Origin: Planctomycetota bacterium
GTDB lineage: Bacteria > Planctomycetota > UBA8108 > SXIK01
DNA length: 64,000 nt
Direction: 5' to 3'
Assembly: GCA_965223265.1 (NCBI GenBank)
Contig: OZ244999.1
Coordinates: 1,856,001-1,920,000 of the forward strand
Part shown: positions 37,282 through 45,906 of the stretch, piece by piece
Layout of the letters: each line of letters opens with the position of its first letter
Position numbering within the stretch: the first letter of the stretch is position 1
Position numbers and translations under genes: made by a program
Notes under the pieces: model-generated
Databases searched by the model: none
What the model was told of the DNA's origin: nothing
What the model saw: only the letters and a program-made list of their open reading frames with translations

Positions 37282-38751
37282 ATGCCTTCGACACCTTCCA
37301 AATGCAGCGGGTACGAATCGTCACTTGGGTGGGGGCGCCGGCGTTTTCTCAGCAGCTTCGGGATGGGGCTTGGAACGCTCGCTTTACTTGATTTGGAGCG
37401 CTCGGCGTGCAGTGCTGCGGTGCGGCCTGGAGTTTCAGCGAATGACGATCGTCTGCAGCCGCACTTTGCGCCGAAGGCGAAGCGCATCATCTATCTCTTC
37501 CAGAGTGGGGCGCCCTCGCAACTCGATCTGTTTGACAACAAGCCGCTACTCAATGCGAGACACGGCACCGAATTGCCCGATGAGGTCCGTCGTGGGCAGC
37601 GACTGACTGCGATGTCCGGAAACCAAGCTTCTCTGCCGCTTGCGGGATCACCATTTCAGTTTCGGCAACACGGCGAAAGCGGCGCGTGGCTCAGCGAAAC
37701 TCTGCCGCATACCGCAGCCGTCGCCGATGATATTTGCTTTGTCAAGTCGATGCACACTGAGGCCATCAACCACGGTCCCGGCGTGACGTTCTTACAAACA
37801 GGATCCCCGTTTCCGGGGCGGCCAAGTATGGGCGCGTGGATTCATTACGGGCTCGGGTCACTGAACGAGAACTTGCCGACTTTCGTCGTTTTGGTGACCA
37901 AGAACAAGGGCGGACAACCGCTTGTCTCGCGCCTCTGGGGCAGCGCATTCCTTGCGTCGAAGTATCAGGGGGTGCGGTTTCGCTCAGGAAAAGACCCCGT
38001 TCTTTACCTCAATAACCCTGACGGTATTGACCACAAGAGTCGACGGCTGACGCTGAATCGACTGCGTGATCTGCACGAGATCCTTTTGGACCGCACGGCG
38101 GATCGTGAGATCGAGGGGCGCATTGAACAGTATGAGCTGGCGTTTCGAATGCAAAGCGCGATTCCTCACGTCGCGGATTTACAATCTGAGCCAGAATCTG
38201 TGATCAAGGAGTACGGTGAGGATGCGCGCACGCCGGGGAGCTTCGCGGCCAATTGTCTTTTAGCTCGCCGGCTCGCCGAACGTGGTGTGCGATTCATACA
38301 GCTCTACCATCCAGGCTGGGATCAGCATGGCGGTTTGAAGCGTGGCGTGGAACGTCAGTGCAGGGAAACAGATCAGGCGTCAGCCGCGCTCATCCGCGAC
38401 CTGAAGCGAAGGGGACTCCTCGATGACACGCTGGTCGTGTGGGGGGGTGAATTCGGACGGACGAACTACTGTCAAGGGAAGTTGACGAAGACTCAATTCG
38501 GTCGCGATCACCACCCTCGCTCGTTCACGATTTGGCTCGCTGGGGGGGGAGTTAACGCGGGGACGACGTACGGTGCAACAGACTCGTATGGCTACAACGC
38601 GGTCGATGACCCCGTTAACGTGCACGATTTGCATGCGACGCTGCTCCATCTGCTAGGCCTCGATCACGAGCGATTGACCTACAAGCACCAGGGGCGGTGG
38701 TACCGTCTCACGGATGTCCACGGTCGTGTTGTCCGCGGGATCCTGAGCTAA
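37282..38751 (+). CDS. DUF1501-domain protein (Tat signal)
   Basis: RRRFL, AKRIIYLFQSGAPSQLDLFD, WDQH, GEFGRT and GRDHHP motifs. Confidence 0.93.
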   Translation: MPSTPSKCSGYESSLGWGRRRFLSSFGMGLGTLALLDLERSACSAAVRPGVSANDDRLQPHFAPKAKRIIYLFQSGAPSQLDLFDNKPLLNARHGTELPDEVRRGQRLTAMSGNQASLPLAGSPFQFRQHGESGAWLSETLPHTAAVADDICFVKSMHTEAINHGPGVTFLQTGSPFPGRPSMGAWIHYGLGSLNENLPTFVVLVTKNKGGQPLVSRLWGSAFLASKYQGVRFRSGKDPVLYLNNPDGIDHKSRRLTLNRLRDLHEILLDRTADREIEGRIEQYELAFRMQSAIPHVADLQSEPESVIKEYGEDARTPGSFAANCLLARRLAERGVRFIQLYHPGWDQHGGLKRGVERQCRETDQASAALIRDLKRRGLLDDTLVVWGGEFGRTNYCQGKLTKTQFGRDHHPRSFTIWLAGGGVNAGTTYGATDSYGYNAVDDPVNVHDLHATLLHLLGLDHERLTYKHQGRWYRLTDVHGRVVRGILS

Positions 38752-38764
38752 CCTCGAGTTTGGC
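38751..38764. repeat. Left 14 bp of a family B element split by the group II intron
   Basis: ACCTCGAGTTTGGC joins CATTTCGCG (42727) to rebuild the family B terminal repeat. Confidence 0.8.
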
Positions 38765-39268
38765 GTACGCCGTGAAAAGGCACGAATCCTCAGTGGGTGA
38801 GAATCCCACCCGGCAACTGGTCGCTCCAGCCGGTAGCACCCGGAGCGACGGAGGGAGGTAACGACCTACGTCGAAGTACTTCAGGAAAAGGGTCGCTGGG
38901 CGACCCAGCGAGCACGCAGGCCGTAACGTGAGTGAACGCCGAGCAGGCCTCGAAAGAGTCAATGCAGGAGCCGACCCTCCGCTAAACAGGGGAAGGCTGC
39001 CAACCAATGGACGAGAAGAGCGACAGCATCCAATGGTTCCTGCCGGGGTAGTGGCGATGGCATGCGTGCCAACGGAGATTCGATGCAACACGGGAAACCC
39101 CGACGGTGGCGCGGCGTGAGCGCCAAACCGGAGCTCCGCGAGGAGCCGGCCGGGCCGTCCGGGGCGGCGGATAGGCCCGTAGTACCGCAGACGCCGGGTA
39201 ATGCCGGTTGAGGGAAGGGGCCTTAGTTCAAGGTTAACGTCAGAAGCCATGAGAGCCGGGAGATTGGC

Positions 39269-40576
39269 ATGAGCCTACCAACCCCACCAAAGGTTCGGAC
39301 GCTGCAGGCGGCGTTACATACCAAAGCGAAGGAATCGCCCAACTTTCGTTTCTATGCCCTCTACGACAAGGTGTATCGACCGGACGTTCTCGAACACGCC
39401 TACCGCTGCTGCCGTGCCAACGGTGGAGCCACAGGAGTGGACGGCGAGCGTTTCGAAGACATCGAGAGAGAAGGTCTCGAACGGTGGTTGGACGAACTGA
39501 CGAAGGAGCTCAAAGAGAAGAGGTATCGTCCGCAAGCGGTTCGCCGGGTGTATATTCCGAAGGCGAATGGTAAGCAGCGGCCGTTGGGTATCCCAACGAT
39601 CCGCGACCGTGTCGTGCAGACGGCAGCCGTGCTGATCCTCGAAGCGATATTCGAGGCAGACCTGCAGCCGGAGCAGTACGCCTACCGTCCCAACCGTAGC
39701 GCTTTGGAGGCCATAGGCAAGATCCACTCGCTACTGAATACTGGCCACACAGAGGTCATCGACGCAGACTTAAGCGGCTACTTCGACACGATCCCACACA
39801 CCGAGCTCATGAAATCGGTGGCACGTCGCATCAGTGATAAACAGGTACTGCATCTGATCAAGATGTGGCTTGTCGCGCCGGTAGAAGAGACGGACGAGCG
39901 GGGTCGAAAACATCGAACGACGCGCAATAAGGACGAGGGCCGGGGCTGTCCGCAAGGCGCTCCGATCTCACCGCTGCTTAGTAACCTCTACATGCGACGA
40001 TTCATCGTGGGTTGGAAGGTGCTCGGGTACCAAAGGCGCTTGCGCGCCCGAATTGTCAACTACGCCGACGACTTCGTGATCTGCTGTCGCGACAGTGCCG
40101 ACGAGGCCATGCGCGTGATGAGGAACATGATGCAACGGCTGAAGCTGACGGTGAACGAGTCAAAGACACGTCAATGCAGCGTCCCGGACGAAACGTTCGA
40201 CTTTCTGGGCTACACGCTGGGAAGGTGCTGGTCGCCTAAGACGGGTCGAGCCTACATCGGCACACGCCCGTCCAAGAAGAAGGTCGTGGGGCTTTGCCGC
40301 ACGATTAGTGAAAAGACCAGCCGTCGCTGGAGTGCCCGCGACGCCAAGGAGCTCGTAGCTGAACTCAACCGAACCATGATCGGATGGGCCAACTACTTCC
40401 GCCTTGGGCCTGTTAGCAAGGCCTATGCCACCGTGGATTTCCACGCCGGCAACCGGCTGCGTCAGTGGTTGTGCCGTAAACACAAAGTGCCGAGTCGAGG
40501 AACGTCACGATTTCCCGACACATACCTGCACCGCGTACTCGGTCTAGTCCGAACTTCCAAAGAAAGGCACTCGTAA
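39269..40576 (+). CDS. ltrA: Group II intron reverse transcriptase/maturase without endonuclease domain; C-terminus displaced by the IS
   Basis: [41 protein letters not shown] and GWANYF motifs; the native tail LTERTRNFPWAKV* continues at 42523-42568. Confidence 0.93.
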   Translation: MSLPTPPKVRTLQAALHTKAKESPNFRFYALYDKVYRPDVLEHAYRCCRANGGATGVDGERFEDIEREGLERWLDELTKELKEKRYRPQAVRRVYIPKANGKQRPLGIPTIRDRVVQTAAVLILEAIFEADLQPEQYAYRPNRSALEAIGKIHSLLNTGHTEVIDADLSGYFDTIPHTELMKSVARRISDKQVLHLIKMWLVAPVEETDERGRKHRTTRNKDEGRGCPQGAPISPLLSNLYMRRFIVGWKVLGYQRRLRARIVNYADDFVICCRDSADEAMRVMRNMMQRLKLTVNESKTRQCSVPDETFDFLGYTLGRCWSPKTGRAYIGTRPSKKKVVGLCRTISEKTSRRWSARDAKELVAELNRTMIGWANYFRLGPVSKAYATVDFHAGNRLRQWLCRKHKVPSRGTSRFPDTYLHRVLGLVRTSKERHS

Positions 40577-42516
40577 ATTCAGCGCAGGTCCGGCTTTGCG
40601 ATGCACCGCAATCGTCAATTCTGACTACATGCGCTCGGTCAGCGACACGCGCAGTAAACGAAGCGCTTGTCGCTGTTCGGGCGACGGCTCGGTGATCACC
40701 TCGAACTCAGCCTTGGAGCTCAGCGGGGAAGCGACGCGATTGCGAGCGATCGTGGCCAAGTCCTGCAGCAGGGTTCGAAAACTATGGGCACACTTGCCGT
40801 CGAGAGTGCGCTTGGTCCAGTCCTTCCACTTCGCCATCTCGGAGCGAACGGCTGGTGTCACCGGCGACTTTCTCCGGTTCACTTCGTCGGCGAACTCATC
40901 GTGAAAGAGCATCGGCTTTAGCGCTTGTTGCATGTGCCACTGGACGTAGTAGGCGAGCATGCAGAGAAATACGTGAGCTCTCACACGTTTCTCTGCATAG
41001 TGAAAAATTGGACGCACTTCGAGATCGACCGTCTTCATACTGCGAAAAGCCCGCTCCACCTTGCTGAGGCTTTTGTATGCCCTCACGGCTTGCCGGGCAC
41101 TTAGCTTTCGTTTCGGCACAGTCGTTCGCAGGACGTAGAATCCGTCCAAGGCGGCTTCACGTTCGATTCGTGGTGCATTGCGCCGGAAACGAAACGTGCT
41201 CTCTGCGATCGTCAGGTCAAACAGCTTACCCACCTTGAATCGACCTATGACTTTACCGACTCGAATGCCAATCTTCGCCCGGCTCCGAAGTCTTCCTGCT
41301 TTGACTGCGGCAGCGACTTTCCAGAGGTGCTTTTCGGTAGCCTGCAGCAGCTCCTCGCGCTTTCTCCTGCGCTCTTCGGCCAGGAGAGGGTTACGGCAAA
41401 CGATGAGGCGTTCGTTGGGAAACGAAGGATCATCTATTTCGGCGAGATTCTGCTGGTCAAAGAACTCAAGCTGAATGCTTCCCGACTCTTTCAGCTTTTG
41501 GATCTGGGGCGCTCGCAGCGCTGTGATCCAGTCCACACCGTCAATGTCTTTGAGCTCTTCGCGAATTCGCGCCGTGGTGATCATGCCGCGATCTCCCACG
41601 AGAGTCATTCGCGACAGTTCGAAATCTTCTCGAAGTCGCTTCACCTGGGCTCCGAGAGTCTTGGGGTCTGCAGTGTTCCCCTCAAACACTTCGACAGAAA
41701 CTGGGCAGCCGTCTTTGTTCGTCAAAACGCCAAATACGATCTGCGCTTTATGCTTTTTCTCGTCGCGGCTGTGACCCCGTCTTGCCAGCGAACAGCAGCG
41801 GCCTTCAAAGTACGTCGAAGTTAAATCGTAGAGCGTTAGCTCACCGTCTTTGAGGTGACGCTTGGCCAACTTGACTTGGATCTTTCTCTGACGCTCAACG
41901 AGCCAATCCATCGCCTTGTAGAGATCGTTTTCATCTACGTTCTCCAGCCCCAGTAGCTGCGGAATCGTCGTCGCCTTCCAGGCCCTTGTTGTAGCTAGCT
42001 TCGACTGTGGAGAAATAATCCTCGCGGCGATCATCGCCAAGGCGCACTGGCGCTCACTACTCGCCCGCCCATCAAGGATCGTGTCGAGACCAAGATTGCG
42101 CATGGTGCCCAGCACCGCGGCGACGTGACCGTGGCTGCGAGTGGAGAGAATCTTGAAAGCGTCACTCGCAGAGACGAACTGCTCTCCCTTCAAGGCGCGG
42201 CGAACGAGGTCGATCACTTCCAGCGGCAAATGAGAGAGATTGGCCAGCGTGACGTTACGAACCTTCTTGCCGTCGCGATATGTGCGTCGAAGGAGGTGGC
42301 TCTGATAGGTCTTACCCTTGTATTTTCTCTTCGTTGTGACCACATGGGCCGATCCACCTCTCTTCGCCATGAGCAGCATTATGCGCATCTTGACGTGAAA
42401 GGCAAGGAGGAATCCTCCATTTTAGTGACTACATCTCGGGGCGCAAAAAACTCTGCAACCTCCTACGTTGTCAATCCTTGCGGCCGAAACCCGCTCAGGC
42501 AAGCGTGGAAGTTCGG
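40549..42516 (-). mobile_element. IS1634-family insertion sequence, 1968 bp
   Basis: Perfect 11-bp TIR CCGAACTTCCA/TGGAAGTTCGG; 6-bp TSD TCTAGT (40543-40548 and 42517-42522). Confidence 0.92.
40625..42388 (-). CDS. IS1634-family DDE transposase
   Basis: LLRRTYR.GKKV...TLANLS, YDLTSTYFEG, VGDRGM, VERAFRSMK and RPIFH...RVRAHVFLCMLAYY. Confidence 0.93.
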   Translation of the reverse strand: MRIMLLMAKRGGSAHVVTTKRKYKGKTYQSHLLRRTYRDGKKVRNVTLANLSHLPLEVIDLVRRALKGEQFVSASDAFKILSTRSHGHVAAVLGTMRNLGLDTILDGRASSERQCALAMIAARIISPQSKLATTRAWKATTIPQLLGLENVDENDLYKAMDWLVERQRKIQVKLAKRHLKDGELTLYDLTSTYFEGRCCSLARRGHSRDEKKHKAQIVFGVLTNKDGCPVSVEVFEGNTADPKTLGAQVKRLREDFELSRMTLVGDRGMITTARIREELKDIDGVDWITALRAPQIQKLKESGSIQLEFFDQQNLAEIDDPSFPNERLIVCRNPLLAEERRRKREELLQATEKHLWKVAAAVKAGRLRSRAKIGIRVGKVIGRFKVGKLFDLTIAESTFRFRRNAPRIEREAALDGFYVLRTTVPKRKLSARQAVRAYKSLSKVERAFRSMKTVDLEVRPIFHYAEKRVRAHVFLCMLAYYVQWHMQQALKPMLFHDEFADEVNRRKSPVTPAVRSEMAKWKDWTKRTLDGKCAHSFRTLLQDLATIARNRVASPLSSKAEFEVITEPSPEQRQALRLLRVSLTERM

Positions 42517-42726
42517 TCTAGTCCGACTCACTGAACGGACGCGCAACTTTCCGTGGGCGAAAGTATGAACCTTGTCCGAAAGCCGGATGCGGGAAAACCG
42601 CACGTCCGGTTTGATGAGCGGGAGGTGGAAACAGGGCACGGTCTGAGGCTATTTGGCACCGGCAGACGAAAGAGCCGGAAACGGAAAGTCCTTGGCCTAA
42701 ACCACTGCGCCACCTCTCGACTCTAC

Positions 42727-42970
42727 CATTTCGCGCCGGCCTGGCCGGACGAGTTTCGCGGGAATTCAAAGGCCCTTTCGACTTTTTAGTACCCTGAGAA
42801 CCCTTGTGCATGTTCAAAAACAACTCCTGTCCGGCCCTTCGGGGAATGCCAGGAGCGCCGATGCCTGCGCCCGTCCTCCGCCACGACCCGAGCGGGATCG
42901 CGCCCGAGTCGCTCCTTGGCCTCGACGCTCCTGGCGCTGGCAGGCTCGACGCGAAATGGCCAAATTCGAG
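42727..42970. repeat. Remainder of the family B element hosting the intron
   Basis: Reverse-complement match to 26269-26527; ends CGCGAAATGGCCAAATTCGAG and is followed directly by a family A end (42971-42990). Confidence 0.82.
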
Positions 42971-43454
42971 AGCAGCCCGTTGAAAAAGTGCGCAAAGGGA
43001 TTTCGGACGTCGACGACGATTCGCTGAATTTCGTTCGACATCTCGAGGCGTAGAATACGCAAGAACTTGTTCGATGGAACCATCGTCGCCCACACGGCGG
43101 GATTCTTTGTTGCCTCTGTTGCCGTTCGGAAACTCTTCTATTCTTGAACAGAAGGCAACAGAGGTGACGAAGGGGGGCGTCTCGGCGCTCTTTGCGTCAA
43201 CTCCCTTTCCAAATCGGACGGATGGGTTTTCAACCGCCCTGCTAACGCTGGACAGTAGCCTCGCGGTGGGCGCTGGCGATGCGGCTCGTGGCACACCTCG
43301 CGAAGACGGCGGTCGGCATCGTGAGTGTGAGACGGGTTCTCCCTGCAGTGTGGGGTTCGCTGAGTTGGTGCGGTGTGGCGACTTGTTCTGGTCTCAAGGG
43401 ATTGCGAGAATGATCACTTCTGCCACTGGTTCCCTGAAAGATTGAGGAAAGCGC

Positions 43455-45095
43455 ATGAAGTCGAATCTCTTCCGCCTCGCGTCCATTGTCGTTGCATTGA
43501 TGGTCACCGCGCCGCCGGCGAGTGCCGCCGAGATCTTCGACGGTGAGTCGCTGGCCGGTTGGGAAGGGCCGCTCAAGTTCTTCCGAGTCGAGGATGGGGC
43601 CATCGTTGGAGGGCGACTCGACGGTGCCATACCGAAGAATCAGTTTCTCGCTACTACACGCTCCTACACGAATTTCGACTTGCGACTCCGGTTCAAACTG
43701 CTCGGCGATGACACCAACGCGGGCATCCAGGTGCGAAGCGTACGAGTGCCGAACCACCACGAAATGGTTGGCTACCAAGCCGATCTTGGACAGAACTACT
43801 GGGGATCGCTCTACGACGAGTCAAGGCGAAGAAAAGTTCTGGCGCAGGCGAATCTGAATGAACTCTACGCGGTACTCGACAAGAAAGGTTGGAACGATTA
43901 CCGCATTCGCTGCGAGGGACCTCGAGTAAAGCTTTGGATCAACGGCTACCAGACCGTTGACTACACCGAGCCGGATGCCTCGATCCCGCGTCACGGGTTC
44001 GTCGCATTGCAGATCCATAGCGGCCCTCCGGGAGAGGCTTGGTACAAGGACATAACCATCGAGGAGCTGCCTGAACCGTCGGAGCCGCCGACGCTTGCGG
44101 AGGGGGTTCGCGGTGTTGCGACCCGCGCTCCAGGCGAGGTAACGATCGATGGCGACTTGACCGAATTCAACCGTGCATTTGGCACGCCGATTGAGTACTT
44201 CCACGTAACGGACAAACTCTACGATCGTGCAGCGCAGTTCTTCTACATGTGGGACGACGAAGCATTCTATGCAGCACTGCGCACACTGGATACGAAACCT
44301 GCCAACTTGGCGCCAAACAACCGGCTGTGGGAAGGAGACGGTGTCGAGTGGTATTTCGATACACGCCGTGGCGAGAACTTCCGTAGTCGCAAGTGGGGCG
44401 AAGGTGCGGTGCATTGCTACTGGGTTGGCTTGACGGGGGAGAAAGTCGCGTCGCGTTTCTGCCTTCGCCCCGGATACCTTGACGCGATTCCCCAGACTGG
44501 GGTCGAAGTTGCAGCGAAGCGCACCGAGGTCGGGATGGACGTAGAGTTCAAGCTGCCTTGGGTGAATTTTCCTGGCTTCGCACCGAACGCTGGGAGTGTC
44601 ATCGGGGTCGACGCCGAGCTTTGCTATAGTGACGGCGGACCTCGTGTCGATCGGTCATTCGTTTATGGCAGCCCGCTTTCCGTCCAGCAGCCCGCAAGCT
44701 TGGCTCGCGTTCAGCTCGTCGACGCATTCAAGCGGGAGTACTGGAAGATGTGCGGTCCGGTCTTGATGCCGGCGCGCTGCGACACTGCGTGGAAGCAAGA
44801 GACTGTGCCTCACGTCACGGGGTACATGGCTCTGCCACCCAATTACGCGGAAGATATCGGAAGGATTCTCTTTCGCCTCACCGACTTGCGAGGCTCGACG
44901 CTAGCGGAGTTCTCCGGAAAGATCGAGACGTTCGCGGAATACGGACAGTTTCGCCGTGCGGTCGCTCGCTGGCCCAGCGATCTGACTCCTGCTGGCGGAT
45001 ATCACCTCGTCGGTATCGTCTATGACACCGAACAGCGGGAATTGACGCGCGTGGCTCCGCGCATGGTGAGCGTTGGCATGACACCGGGCTATTAA
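43455..45095 (+). CDS. DUF1080 (3-keto-disaccharide hydrolase) + CBM9-like domain protein
   Basis: FDGESLAGW, NAGIQVRS, WNDYRI and ALQIH; then TIDGDLTE, MWDDEAFY and DGVEWYFD. Confidence 0.82.
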   Translation: MKSNLFRLASIVVALMVTAPPASAAEIFDGESLAGWEGPLKFFRVEDGAIVGGRLDGAIPKNQFLATTRSYTNFDLRLRFKLLGDDTNAGIQVRSVRVPNHHEMVGYQADLGQNYWGSLYDESRRRKVLAQANLNELYAVLDKKGWNDYRIRCEGPRVKLWINGYQTVDYTEPDASIPRHGFVALQIHSGPPGEAWYKDITIEELPEPSEPPTLAEGVRGVATRAPGEVTIDGDLTEFNRAFGTPIEYFHVTDKLYDRAAQFFYMWDDEAFYAALRTLDTKPANLAPNNRLWEGDGVEWYFDTRRGENFRSRKWGEGAVHCYWVGLTGEKVASRFCLRPGYLDAIPQTGVEVAAKRTEVGMDVEFKLPWVNFPGFAPNAGSVIGVDAELCYSDGGPRVDRSFVYGSPLSVQQPASLARVQLVDAFKREYWKMCGPVLMPARCDTAWKQETVPHVTGYMALPPNYAEDIGRILFRLTDLRGSTLAEFSGKIETFAEYGQFRRAVARWPSDLTPAGGYHLVGIVYDTEQRELTRVAPRMVSVGMTPGY

Positions 45096-45178
45096 CAGCC
45101 CCCTTGAAAAAGTCATTCAGCCGAGGAAACTGGCCTCTTCACTCCCTTTCGGCTCGAAGCACCTTTCAACGGGCTGCT
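45095..45178. repeat. Internally deleted family A copy
   Basis: ACAGCCCCCTTGAAAAAGTCATTC...GGCTCGAAGCACCTTTCAACGGGCTG; both ends are kept and the centre is missing. Confidence 0.75.
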
Positions 45179-45432
45179 AAACCGGCGTTCGGCGTCACCG
45201 CGCCGCGTTTTGCTTCTGGTCCGGGTTCGCGGCGTTTCAGCATGCTACTGATTCAGATTTCGGGTCGACGCGAAGTCCTGGTGGCGGCAAGTTGTTATGG
45301 GACAGTCATCAGCAGGTTCTTACGCAAAATAATGCCTGTTCATAGAACCGAAGCAATGTCGATAGCATCACTATCTCGTTCAGTCGCGCAGCGACCGTGG
45401 AGCCGAATTCTTGCGCCGGGATAGTGCCACCA

Positions 45433-45711
45433 ATGGACCCCAAGACACGCTTCCGACTTGCTCATCAGCTCGTACTGCATCTCAATGACCTTCATCAGGA
45501 CATCCGCATGTGGGGAGAGCCGTGCGCGAGTCATAGGACAAGACTGAATCACTTCCTGAATCAGTGGGGAAGGGAGCCACGCGCAGAGGAGATTCCGGAT
45601 GAGGCATTCGAACGGGAGGTCTACGACTTTCTGATCGAAGTGGCGGGAGTCGTCGCGCGGAGCACTGCGCGTCCGAAGTCGAAGGCATCGGTCGAAAGTG
45701 CCAACGCTTAG
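45433..45711 (+). CDS. Hypothetical 92-aa protein
   Basis: Plausible helical composition; fills the gap between two repeats; no recognised motif. Confidence 0.5.
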   Translation: MDPKTRFRLAHQLVLHLNDLHQDIRMWGEPCASHRTRLNHFLNQWGREPRAEEIPDEAFEREVYDFLIEVAGVVARSTARPKSKASVESANA

Positions 45712-45721
45712 CCGTGCTCGT

Positions 45722-45906
45722 GGCGTTCCCCCAAGGGCCGGACAGGAGTTTTTGAACACGCACCAGGGCTCTCAGGGTACAAAAAAGTCGAAAGGGCCTT
45801 TGAATCCCCGCGAACCTCGTCCGGCCAGGCCGGCGCGAAATGGCCAAACTGGATGAGGATTTGGACGAGCGAAGCCGAGTCCAAATCCTGAGTTCAACTC
45901 GAGGTT
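45722..45906. repeat. Family B half copy with a hairpin inserted in its terminal repeat
   Basis: GGCCGGACAGGAGTTTTTGAAC...CGCGAAATGGCCAAACT [45 bp] AACTCGAGGTT. Confidence 0.72.

Larger units (their letters stand above)
38765..42726 (+). mobile_element. Group II intron (1988 nt without the IS and one TSD copy), interrupted by IS1634
   Basis: 5' end GTACG; RT ORF; domain V AAAGCCGGATGCGGGAAAACCGCACGTCCGGTTT with AGC triad (~42579-42612); 3' end ...CGACTCTAC; the exons rejoin into an intact repeat. Confidence 0.9.

Noticed and set aside
39269-40576. Retron, DGR or defence-associated reverse transcriptase
   Set aside because: The YADD RT with maturase domain is flanked by clear group II intron domains V/VI and exact exon junctions.
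3087-45906. CRISPR array
   Set aside because: The repeats are dispersed, 80-260 bp and palindromic, with no regular repeat-spacer period and no cas genes.
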